Positions 15,047 to 27,325 of a stretch of 64,000 nt of DNA are shown piece by piece. The notes beneath the pieces are model-generated. The model was not told the origin of the DNA and searched no databases. It worked only from the letters and a program-made list of their open reading frames with translations. The stretch is from Paramecium tetraurelia (lineage: Eukaryota). Positions within the stretch are counted from its first letter, which is position 1. Each line of letters begins with the position of its first letter. Made by a program: the position numbers and the translations under genes. Where the stretch lies: NCBI GenBank assembly GCA_000165425.1, contig CT868057.1, forward strand, positions 1-64,000. Direction: 5' to 3'.

Positions 15047-18000
15047 TCATTAATGTTATTTTTAATTTATTCCTTTTCCATTATCGTATTTTGAAACTAT
15101 TAGGTGTTATTGAGGGCTCAATGTTATCCTATATATAGTACCTCATAAACTTTTCTTAAAATTCAATCCATGGACCATGCTTCAAACCTCTATTATATAA
15201 ACCTCCTCCGCTAATTAATTTATCTTATATTTTACAAAAGAGCATAATCATGATTTGAATCCGATTAAAACAAACTCTCCCATTTTCCTTCTTTTTTCCC
15301 ATCCTAATATTTTCCTTAAAATATAACTCGACAATCCCTATTATTTATTAATACACTCTACTTCCAAAAATTTTAATATAATTCAATCCACTTCTTTGTT
15401 TAACTCCCTTAATCATCATACTCTCCTCCTCCTCTAAATTTATATGACATTAAAAATACATCTTCACGATCGTTTAGTTATATTTCTTAATTTCCTCTCT
15501 TAATTAAATTTCTCAGTTTCCAACTTTCTTCCCATTTTAATACTCGCCTTTATTGATGACTTAACAAAGACTCAACAATTTAGCTATAGGAAATAATACT
15601 TTCTAAAATTATCATCTAACTCAATCCATTCTCCATCTTTTTCACCTGTATATAGATATGTGCCTCCCCCACTTGAATCAATAAATTACTTACATTCTAA
15701 TATTATTTGTTTTTATATCCCAAATTTAAACTTTTTTCCCTTCTTGATATATTCCTTAATAGGTGATTTAATTGATTCTTCCCTTTAGTAAAATTCCATT
15801 ACTTTTCATAATTTTAATCCAACTCAGTCCATTCTCCTGTCTTCAATCCATCATTATAATTTCCCCCACCACTAAACTATCTATTCATTCATTTACATTA
15901 TAATTGATTATTGTTATGACGATGGTTATCTTATTTTTGATGTCCAAGTTCCAGCTTTTTTTCCCATATCATATTCGCCCTCTATAATTATCTTAAAATT
16001 GCTTAAAATAATAAGTTAATTTACTCTTAAAAATTGTCATGAATTTCTATCCATTCTCCAGATTTCAAACCATCTTCATATGATCCTCCTCCTCTATTAA
16101 ATGAAACTATTTGGATACATTTAGTCATTATTATTTTGTATTTTCCAAACACCTATTTTTTTCCCATCTTAATATTCTCCAATGAAGTTTATTTAGTGGC
16201 ATCTAAAGTTATGGTGCGATTACCTCCTATATCTCTCATGTATTTCAGTCCAACTTTTAATTTTTAACCCATTTTAATCATACAATCCTCCTCCTCTAGT
16301 GATAAAAATATGAGAGATACATCTTTTGATCCATTAATTATATAGCCCAGTAACCAACTCTTTATCCATTTTGGTAACTACCTTCACAAGTAATTTAACT
16401 TTAAGAATGAAGAAAGAAAATAGTTTGTGATAGGCTCATTCCATTTTCCAATTTTCTAAGATTATGCATAGTATCCACCTCCTCTTATTTATTTTTGTTA
16501 AGACGATAATAAATCCATGCTATGATAAATATCCCATTTTCCTTCTCTCTATCCTCTTTGATAAACACCTGTTTAGATAAATTCCAAAGAACTAATAAGG
16601 ATAGAATGTCAAAACTTCCTACTCTTAATATTAATTGTAAAGCTCATCCCATTAGCCCTGCTTCCAATAATTTTAATTGTCGTAAACCCCACCTCCTCTA
16701 TATAAAATTATTTAGTTATCTACATTCTCTTGTATTCAAAAGAGGAATCATCTTTAAAATAAATTTCCCATTAACCAGATTTTTGTCCATTTATATACTC
16801 TCCTTCATAAAATATTTGGCATTAGCTACAGGTGAATGATATAGTTAAACTTATTAAAATTTAAGTGAATTTCTTTCCATTAACCGACCTTATTTTCCTA
16901 CTTTTCATCATACTATCCCCCTCCTCTAATATTGTATTTAAATATAGTTACATTAATTAGCCTTTATATATGGTATGCCAATACCCTTTTTTCCTTCCAT
17001 TTTAATATTTTCCTGTTTCAGTAACTTAGCATTAGCTAATGGATAGTTAATTATATTTATTTTTTACCTCTGATAGATATTTGACAATTCAATCCATTAA
17101 TCTATTTTTTATCCATCCTCATTATATCTTCCTCCGATATCTAATTTTTTGCCCTACCAAAAAGCACTCCATAAGCCAACCTTCTACAACTATTATCCAT
17201 GTGAACCTTCCCATCTGAGATGCTAAACCTATTCTAAATTTTTTATGATTTGAAGGGATTAATTAATATCAGAAATCCTCTCTCTAAAATATAATAAGAG
17301 TTTTTACGTTTTCAAGACAACTCCATCTCTCAAATATTATAAATATCCAGAATCTTATAATATTTTAGTTGAGAATTCTGTAAGTTTCAATTTTTATTAA
17401 TTTAAAACAAATCCTTTTTAATTTATAATGTTCATATTTTCATTTAATTTGATTTATCCATACTATTGAATTATTAAATCTATTTACCTCCTCAAATACA
17501 CCTAATCTTTTAGAGGAAGTCTATCCATGTCTTATTCCAAAATACAAAGGGAATTGTAATGATTCATATGAAAATGGAGAATCATGATCAATATTTGTTG
17601 ATTTTTCTTCAATCCATTGATTGATTTGATTCTCCAAAGTCATAGTAATATTCCCAATGGAATTATAAATCGAATTTACATTATTTTCAACCATTTAGAG
17701 AAGGATTTTCTTTTAATTTTTCCACTTCTCAAAAATTTGATTATGCCGAATATTTGTTAATTTTTTCAGATCCTTCAAAGACATTTCAAGCGGATGCTCG
17801 CCAAATAATTTTAAATAAGAATCATCTCTTTATCTTATTTCCTCAAAAATTTTCCTAATATTATCTTGGGCTTTCTGTGACAAATTCAATATATCAACCA
17901 AAATTGTTTCAAAATTTATTTTTATTTTCTTTTCAATAATATCTTCAGTCGTAGAATCATATTCAAATATAGTAGAATTCATCTCTTCAATAAATTTGGT

Positions 18001-18141
18001 AATTGGAATAATTTTCTATCCAGGAACAATTTTTTAATGATCATATTAACAATCTGGACACATTCGTTTTTAACAATCATGATTAAAGGTACATATATGA
18101 GTTATCAATTAATTTCCATGTATTTAACAAAAACTATTCAT
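15047..18141 (-). CDS. Paramecium-type MORN-like repeat protein with an N-terminal Cys/His zinc-finger and many tiny introns
   Basis: MNSFCQIHGNQLITHICTFNHDCQKRMCPDCQYDH; tandem GGGxYxxxGxKxGxWxE / GxYxxGxKxGxW repeats at 15.1-17.2 kb; inferred TGA 15047-15049. Confidence 0.75.
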
Positions 18142-18479
18142 TTTTTTCTTTAAATTTTTTTTTATTTTTCTTATAAAATTACATTTAGAAATATTATAAT
18201 TAATTTATAGTCTATTTTATACTATTTTGTATTTTTGATTATATATGGAATAAGTTGATTAAGGTTCATCAATATGCAGAATGAATTATAGGTTTTTGTG
18301 TTTGTTTCTTTATAGAACAGAGATGAATCTTAAGAAATTTTATTGATTACTTACCTTTTATGGATAGTAAATAATTTTATGATGTTTATATATAGAAGTA
18401 TTTTGTTGAGAGAATTCTATTTAGTTACTAAATACAATTGCAAATAACAAAATATATTCTAGTTAAAAACATATGATAA

Positions 18480-19544
18480 TCACTAGATCAATTTTTCTTC
18501 TCTCCTTTTTCTCTCTTACCTTGCTCTATCCAAAAAGTTAAGCTTTAGATCATCCTGTACTTTTGATTGAACCCTACTAATTTCATGGTGCTCTTGTTTT
18601 TCTATGGGAACTTGTTGAATATTGGAATTTCCAGCAAATTTACTAGGTTGGGTTTAAGATTTCTCGGGAATGTAACTTTGCACATTAAATTGAGGCGCCT
18701 CTTATTGGACTCCATAAAGTCGATATTGGGGATTAGTAAGAAAAGGATCTGGAGGTGGTGGGGCAGGCACTGGAACAAAAGGAGGAGGAACATGATTAAC
18801 CTTCTCCTAAAGAGCTCCTGTTAAAAGGGAATGTTCGGGGGTGTTTAAGAACTATCTTTGTTCGTTTTGCTTTAAGGACTGATTCATAGCTATGATGATA
18901 AGAGATTAGGAATACGTCCTATGGAGTTGATAAGACCGCCCATTTAATTGATTTAGGAGGAGAAATTAAATTTTGATTCCTATTATTTTATGTAATCAGG
19001 TTCAGGGTGTGTGGGTATCATATTGTCGACTAGAGTTCTGGGAAATATTTGCTTGAATGAATAAATGGGATACTTTAATTTCAGGTTGGTTGAAATCATA
19101 AATTTTGGTTTGATTTATAAGGTAGTTCTGAACATTAGTTTAATCTACATATTATTTAGGAGTTTCAATTAAACCCTTGGGTTGAGTCTTGGGATAGTAG
19201 AACTTTGTATTGGCATTGACATCTAAGAAGTTTTGTTGGTAAATTGGAAAGTTAACTACTTCCTTATTCTCAAATTATTCAAATTTTTATCTATCCATAG
19301 GTTGGTTTTATTAGATGGTCTTCGCAAAGTTGATATGGGAATGCATATAATCAGAGTCAACATTAGGAGTGACTCTGAGAAATTCAGGCTATTGGGTAGT
19401 TTATGCTAGATTGGCAGTTTTTTGTAATTCTTTGATTAATTTATGATTCACATCATTGGAGATTTATGTAAATATTTGATCTTAGATTGAATTCAATAAT
19501 TCTAATATTTTATCTTCTTCTGCTACTCCTTTAGCTTAGTTCAT
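18480..19544 (-). CDS. Proline-rich 354-aa protein; possibly a divergent WASH1-like protein
   Basis: Intronless frame from ATG 19544 to TGA 18480; LLNSIQDQIFTQISNDV near the N-terminus; VPPPFVPVPAPPPPDP; basic C-terminal helix. Confidence 0.75.
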
Positions 19545-19641
19545 GAATAGATCTGAATAATCTAATGATATTTCATTTGACAATTACTTTTCATTTGAAG
19601 TTTTATTTATTATTTATATTATAATCCAATAAATTTATTTG

Positions 19642-20759
19642 ATGGAAGGAATATTGCTTTTCATTTTATTTGCATTAACCACAGGCTCTTTTATGTATAT
19701 GTTAGTATGTACTGACTCGAATTCCAAAACTCCTATGGGAATGATAAGAAGGAAAATATATGCAAATGGACCTTCCATTACAAAGTATATTTAAAATCAT
19801 TAATTAGAAAACTATTGGGAGACAAAATATTTGTTAAACTTTAACAATTTTACAATTATGTTTTCTACACGAATAATCGTTTAGGATAGATTTCTTATTT
19901 TTTAATATTCTGGGTGGCATTTGGTTTGTATGGTAAATTTGGATTACTAAAGCACTTTGGAAATACTCCTTATGTAAGTCACATACATTCAGTGTGTGGT
20001 AGTCTGATATTTATATTTTGCAATTACTTTTTTTATAGGACATGCACAACCAGTCCAGGAATAATAACTAAAGAAAATAATGATGAATATGTGAAGCAAT
20101 TTGAATAATACTATGACGAAGTTTAATATAAATAAAATACCTCATGTTCAACATGCAACATAATCAAACCAGCAAGAAGCAAGCATTGTCGCATTTGTAA
20201 TGTTTGTGTTAGTAGATTTGATCATCATTGTATTTGGGTGAGACAGTGTATAGGTTAGAAGAACTACAAGTATTTCTTACTCTTTTTATTCACTCACATA
20301 TTCTTAAGTCTTTATGGAGTAGTAGCTGGGATACTTTGTTTGTTTGGAATAGCGTAGAAGCAATAATTATTTAAACTTACTTATAAAAATGCAGTAACTG
20401 GAGAAATCCATCCTGCAACTTTCTTTAGAGTGTTCACTGTCATCACTAATAGAGAGACCTTCTTTGTTTTCATAATCTTTGTTTGTCTAATTTTTTTTGT
20501 CACCCTAACAGCATTTTTCTTGTATCATCTAAATATGATTAGAAAGGATCTAACAACTAATGAGAGGATTAGAAAGAATGATTTTGAAAAATCCTTTCTC
20601 AATGAAATGTATGAATTGTAAGAATAACAAAAAAGAAAGAAAGATGATGATTCAATCAAGAGGCTGGCTTAGTTAAAGCAATGTTGGAACTCTTTGAGTA
20701 AAAGAAGAGTACAAGGACTTTATGAGGGGTTAAGAATTGTATATAGTCAACCTAATTGA
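19642..20759 (+). CDS. DHHC palmitoyltransferase (ZDHHC4/Swf1-like)
   Basis: [44 protein letters not shown] and TTNE motif; intron ~19785-19807. Confidence 0.95.
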
Positions 20760-20833
20760 TTAAGATGAGTTTGTTTATATTTAAATCAATACATGTTTTT
20801 TAGTTATTAAAATTTATACAATGTTAATTGATA

Positions 20834-23045
20834 TCAATTCTAAACTATTTATTCTTGTTATTTGTTGAGGAAATTTTCTATTTCATCTAGTAAATCATTG
20901 TATTTTAATTTTTTTAAATTATTTTCTCCCAACTCTTCTAAAATCTTGTCCCTTATTTCTTCACCATATTCATTAATAATTTTGAAAAAATCACATTTTT
21001 CTTTTTTCTCACTCAGATTCTCCCAATCTTTTAACATTATTTTATAATAATTGGAATCTAATTCTAATTCAATTAATTCTGAATTTGAGATTAAGATTAC
21101 AGTTCCCTTTTGATTTAATTATGCCAATTAGTCTTTGCTTTTCAAAAATAGTTCTTTATTTATTTTATGAATAATAAAGATGTAACTCATCCTTGCCTCA
21201 TATGATCTTTTCAATAATTATTAGATATTTTCTATAGGATCTTGAATTATTTGAATATCATCAATCTCATTCCTTTTGTAAAATTTCAATTTCCTAAACT
21301 ATTATATAGATTAATATTTTTACTTTAAAATACTTTGAAACTTGATGTGCAAATTTAACCACATGCATTTCTCCTTTTGAATGGCCAGCACATATTTTGA
21401 GAATTTATCTCTTGTTGGTGTAGAAGATCTCAGACAATTTATGAAATATAGTTTTAGCATCCCTCTTCCAAGCAATGAAATATTATTCTTCCCAAGAGAG
21501 TTAATTAAGTTCAATGAGATTTCCATCTTCAACTTGATTAAATATTTAAGATTAACTAGAACTCTATGAAAATATTTGAAATTTCTCTGATTCGGTGTGT
21601 TAAATGAAAGTGAAACTATCATCCATGAGTTTCTCTGCCAATTCACAACAACAAACTCTTAGAACTCCATCTTCTGCGAATTCATCCAATTTCATTTTAA
21701 CAAGTTCTCTTTATGATTGGTCTTTAATCTATTGTAAAATGACTTCACAGACTTCTTTACATTAGTCCTTTGGATCTGGACCCCACAAATGTGATAATCT
21801 ATCTTTAATTAAATTGGCTGATTTCTTTTTGCATTCACACTAAGTTTTGTCCCCGAAGCACAAGTCATTAGTTTTCCCAAAGACGTCTTTGCAAGTCTAT
21901 CTATGAGAATGAGAATGACAACATTGATAGTTCTTTTCTCCAAGTTCAACTTCAACCTTTTTTTTAGCCTCCTCATGACTTTCCTATAGCGTTTTCTTTT
22001 CTAACAAATTCTCATACAGGGATGAGAAATACAAAATGCCTGCATCATCCAACATTTTTAGTTCCTTGTCCACTGCTATAGTTGTCGCATATTATTAGAT
22101 ATTCTTAGCTATTTCACCAGCATAACAACAAGCCAGAAATACTAATGACTTTTTAGAATCCTTCATAATCAATTATAAATCTTCTCTATAGACGAAATCA
22201 TCTGTGCAATTATTCTCAAATTGTAAGTATTAATTTAGTTAGTTTGTATCATTTTCTCCGTGAGCAATAATGTGGATGATTTTCGGATTATACTTAAGAA
22301 CCCATCTCAAGTTTTCTTTAGTGGCTTGAGTAATTAGATATGTAACCTTTTTGTTAAGAGCAGATATTCTCTTTTTGAAATTGGATATGTCATCGTAGTA
22401 TTACACTGGGTTGACACGCTTCTAATTTTGATTTACCAAAGGGTGACTATATAGGATGGCAATATCAATTTCTGGATATTAGGGTTGTATTTGATAACAT
22501 TACTTAAGTTAATTTACTCTCATTTTAAAGTTATTCAAATTGTCATAGTTAATAGTTAACTCAGCCTTTGCCTTTTCAATGCTATTGTATAAGTTCTTTT
22601 TCTCTAGCTCGATGTTCTCTAAAAAGTGTTAAAATCTCTGATATTCTTAATAATGAATTTGCACTCTCAATCTAATAATCAATGGCTAGAGTGCATTTTC
22701 ATCTTTGAACCAAAATTGTCCATCCAACTTAATGAAAGTATTTTCCATACACAACAAATCGAATATATCCACAAATTATTAGGTAATGTAATTGTAAAAT
22801 GCTATGAAATTAATTATTCATTTACTGTAAATTAATCTCCCTTTAACAATCTTTCCTTCTTGAACATAATTCTTTTTAATATAGTATTCTAATCTCCTCA
22901 CATAAATGCCATAAATTTGTCCATTGTTATTCAAAGGAAACACTTTTTAACTATTCTCAAAAGCATCTGGATTCTCAAAATATTCCACTTCATCATTTGG
23001 CTGAATCCCTAAAATCTACAGTCTTACACAAAATGGGGTTTTCAT
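20834..23045 (-). CDS. CHAT (caspase/HetF-like) protease domain + Cys/His cluster + degenerate P-loop/STAND-like domain
   Basis: DIAILYSHPL...QATKENLRWVLKYNPKIIHIIAHG...LQFE...SLVFLACCYAG...TIAV...MLDDAGILYFSSLYENLLEKKTLQESHEEA is the CHAT pattern; two tiny introns; TGA 20834-20836. Confidence 0.85.
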
Positions 23046-23146
23046 TCTCAATCTAATTGTATAATTCTATAATATAATAATTTAATTATTATTTATAACA
23101 TTTTTTAATTCAAAATAATGCAATACTAAATACTTGATAAACCTAA

Positions 23147-26100
23147 TCAAATAAGCTCCTCTTCGTCACTCTTAAATATCTTCTATAAGTCCTTCCAAAA
23201 CAGATATTAACCAACTCCCCTGTACCATATTGAATGAATATTCAACAACTATTTCCATGCATCAAAACACTCTATCTATTTCATCAATTGCGAAATAAAC
23301 TCTCCCAATATAGTATAGGTAGGATAAGGATGAGAGTTTGGAGAGTATGTTAAAATGAAATTGATTAATGAAATTCTTTGTAATCTTTCTATTTCAGAGA
23401 GTGCCTGCAATTTCCTTTCAACCTCTTAATGTAATTGACCAATTAAAGCAATGATACGTTTTTAGTATTTTTCAACATTCAGTTTTTTCTATTGTAATAA
23501 CAACATAAAATACTTTCTAATATAATCCATCCCCTTTTTGTAAGCTACTAAAGTTACCACTGTAAATTTCAAACTCACTTTTTACGGCAAATGTTTAAGT
23601 AATCCCAAATATGGATTCGAAGATAAGGAGAATCAATTTGAGAGCAGAATCCAAATGTCTTTTAAAGTTATCATCAATGTATTTCTAAATTAATTGAATG
23701 AGTTCCTCAATTATCACTTCTTCTTAAACTTCTTGTTGTAATTCATTTTATTCTTTCTTTTTTTCTTCCAAGTTGATTGTAATTTTGCAATCTTATTTAA
23801 TCTATTTGCAAACAGCAATTAATTTATCAAAATTATACAATAATTTGTATTCAATTTTTGGTAAATTATTTTATTTAAATCCCAATCCTTAACTCAATGA
23901 GTTGTCTTATTAAATCCCCATTTATGCTACTTATCTATACAATTTCCCTATTATAGTTTGTGATTCATAAGTGACTGATTGCTCCTTTTCCATATAATCA
24001 GGGAAAACTAAGAGAATATATAATTATTGTACTCTTGGAGAGAAGTTTAACATCTAAAAAGACTTATTTTCCAGTTTTCACAAAATCGACTGCATCTGAA
24101 TGCAATTCGGCCAATTCTAGACAATTGGGATCATTGGCCTTCTTATCAGATTTGTCAGCCCATGCTAAATGCGAATTGTCAATCAAACCTAGAGTCTCAG
24201 AATTAAGATAGAAATAAAGAAAATCAAACATATTTTTCGTATCGAAATTCTTATCGACATTTTCATGAAACCTTTAATTGTTTTCTCGAAAATCAATCTT
24301 CTTGTATTAAACTTAATTTGGTTTCTTATTATCATAAACCATAGATTTAGCTTGTACTGGAGGCAATAATCTATTATCCCAACAAATAAAATATAAATCT
24401 CCATCTAGATCCCCTCCTGCAATCTAACAAGGAAGCGAATTTCCACAGGCTGGAAATACTAAACAATTAATCAATTGACTATATGGATTCTTACTACCAT
24501 TTCTCTTTAATATCTCTTGTGTTGAAATAGCATTGAGTTTTTTAATATCTCCTGGATGCAAACAAGGATTTCTAGTGACAAGCACTTCCCCTTAGATGTT
24601 CTCTGGTTCAACTTAAGTATCATTATTTTCATCCTAAACTAAACAATAAATTTCGTTTGGTTGTAATAAATTATGCTCATCTATGACTCCTAAGACTCTT
24701 GCTGCTTTCTCCACAAGTATCGATGTTTTTTTCCTTAGCTACAATAACCCTCTTTATTTTAATTTTGACAATACTCCTTAACACAATATATTGTCCTCCA
24801 TTCCAATGTTGATATAGGCTCTCAAAGCATCCATTATATTGGGTAGATCAATTTATTCATCACAATAATCTACACTAAAGTATTTGTAAATGGAAGCATC
24901 TTTCATTTATAAATCCTCAATTTTCTTCAAATACTCTACATTAATAGAAATACTTATTACCATCTTAAAGTTCTTGAAAGGCTTTCTCATTGACCTAGAG
25001 TGTCAACAATAGAATTATGATCTGTCTATTCAAATATCCCCCTCTGAATTTATTGAAGTCCAAGATTTGAATTTTGTTGGGATATCCCTTGGCAGGATTA
25101 TATTTAATCATAGACCTCCTTAACACAATTGTTTTTTATTCAAGACTTTCATCCAAAACCAATAGACCCTTGGCTCCTTCATATCTAATCTAAATGGCTG
25201 ATATTTTAATTTTAGAATTCACTCTCATTTTTTATCTGATCTGATCAATTAAATCTTAAGAAATCTTACCTATACCATCAGTGTACAATTTATTATTTTT
25301 ATCCACTAGATCATCCTTTATTAGAATGTTAATTCCACCAACACAATCCACACTAATACTTGTACTAAGATTCTATCCCAATCGAGCTGCATTTTTGGCA
25401 ATTTCATCATATTTCAAATTTGTGAAGTTGCCTATAGATTTTATGATATCAGTCCTCTGTTTGCCTGCTCCATTGAAATCGATAAACCAACATGTTCCAG
25501 CTCTTAATGACGATGAACTCCATGTAAATAGTTCAAAGTGCTGACCTAAGATTTTTAAGGTGGGGAACATGAAATTATAGTAGTAAGTTTAAGTGATATA
25601 GGGGATATTCAACACCATATCTTGATTCTCATCCTCATAATGGACTCTTAAGAAATACTCAACAATATTATAATGCTATCTCAGAATGCCACTAGTGACT
25701 TCGGGCTATTTATTAAAATATAAGATTCCCGATGGAGTCATTGACACTCTTCTTGTGTATACCAATCTCATCGTTGGATCCCGTAATTCAATAAAATCTT
25801 GTTAGGTTCTCTTGAACACATTCTTAAAGTATCTCAAATGATTCTCATTTTTTTTTTCAGTTTCCTTCTCATCAATAAGTGAGAGGTTTGATGTTACCTT
25901 ACAAAATGTATTAAATGTTTATTCAAAAATTCCATTTAAATCCTAAGTCTATTTCTCAGAAAGCTTTTTATATCCTGATTCACAAGTCTCTATCAATTCC
26001 TATATCGATTTTTATTTATTAAGTTTGTTCTAGCTAATGGCAGCAAGTATATTGAATCGCAAAGAAAAATTCAAATACTTACTATTCATCAATCTAGAAT

Positions 26101-27325
26101 AAGATATGTCATTTTAAAGTTTAATGTGGGCAACAGGATAGTCAATTGCATTTATAACGTGGAAACTCTATAATTTTTATCTAAAATAGTCAGAATTTTA
26201 ATCAAGTTTGACCAATATCGTTGTATTGTTGAGGAACAGTAATCTCTAAATTTCATTAATCTTTTCCGATATAACCAGATGATTTAAAAAAATGTTATCG
26301 ACTTTAACAAATTGAGACTTTATTAAATTATTCTCATACTTCCATTTACCATGATAAGCTGCATAACAAGAAGGAGGAGATAGCATTTTAAAGTAGAAAC
26401 TCATTTAATCTTGTTGATATACAGTTTAACAGAGAGTCAGATCAATGTCTATTCTGATTGAAAATTGATGCATGAATCCTAGTATTAATTAAAGGCATTT
26501 TTCATTTCCTTTGGTTTCTTTGATGTAAATTTAATAGGGCATACTCATTTACCTCTAGAATTGGGCAGAAGTAAAGAACTATTGAAGTTGCAACTACTAT
26601 TACTCCTAAATAAATTGAAGCATTCCTATTGAGAAACTCTAAACTTTAATCAAATTTGAATTCATCATATTAGTAATATCAGGATTGACAAAGTGATTCT
26701 ACGAGATTAAGTCAATAAAAGCAGGATCTTTTTCGGGGCCATTTAAAAATAGTTTTTCTTAATGCAAATGAACCACTTGACTGCCCTTGCATTAGACGAG
26801 AATCTTAATCTGTAATTTTTGTTCTTTATTTGCAGTGTTGCCTATGATAGATTTAAACTTGTTTTCTAATTGCATCTATTTGACCTAATCTAAGTCTTTG
26901 GAGAATTCAAAGAAGCAATCGATTGCTTGTTTTAATTGCTAAAACTTGTAATCCGTCACAACTTCATTATCGATATCCTCGTAATCTTCATCTTCTTCAT
27001 CCTACAGCAATTCTTCCACTTAAAGTATGTCCTTCAAAAATTAGACATCCATAAATCTATTATACTTATTGTTTTGGTCATTGTTTTCATATACAGAAGT
27101 AATAATGAATTCCTGTTGCTCATTTACATCAACCCTTAGTAATTGGACATCATCAAATTTTTATTGAATTTGTTTCTCAATTTGAGTTGCTAATTCCAAT
27201 GCACTCATTTTGGATGCTCCACTTTTTTCAACATTCTTCAATCTATACTGCATGAGAAATTTGTTGTTAGGATTGTTTCTGATCTCCTCTGATACCTGTT
27301 TTACTTGATTATTATAAAAATTCAT
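23147..27325 (-). CDS. RDR: Eukaryotic (RNAi-type) RNA-dependent RNA polymerase with intact DLDGD motif; RDR1/RDR2-like, paralog not determined
   Basis: SSSSLRAGTCWF, AARLGQNLSTS, YTDGIGKIS, SAIQIRYEGAKG, GYLNRQII, GVIDE, VTRNPCLHPGDI, IAGGDLDGDLYFICWD (~24385-24420); TGA 23147-23149; alternative start ATG 27253. Confidence 0.97.

Noticed and set aside
23147..27325. Endogenous viral RdRP
   Set aside because: It has the cellular double-psi-barrel DLDGD signature and a spliceosomal intron, not a viral GDD palm motif.
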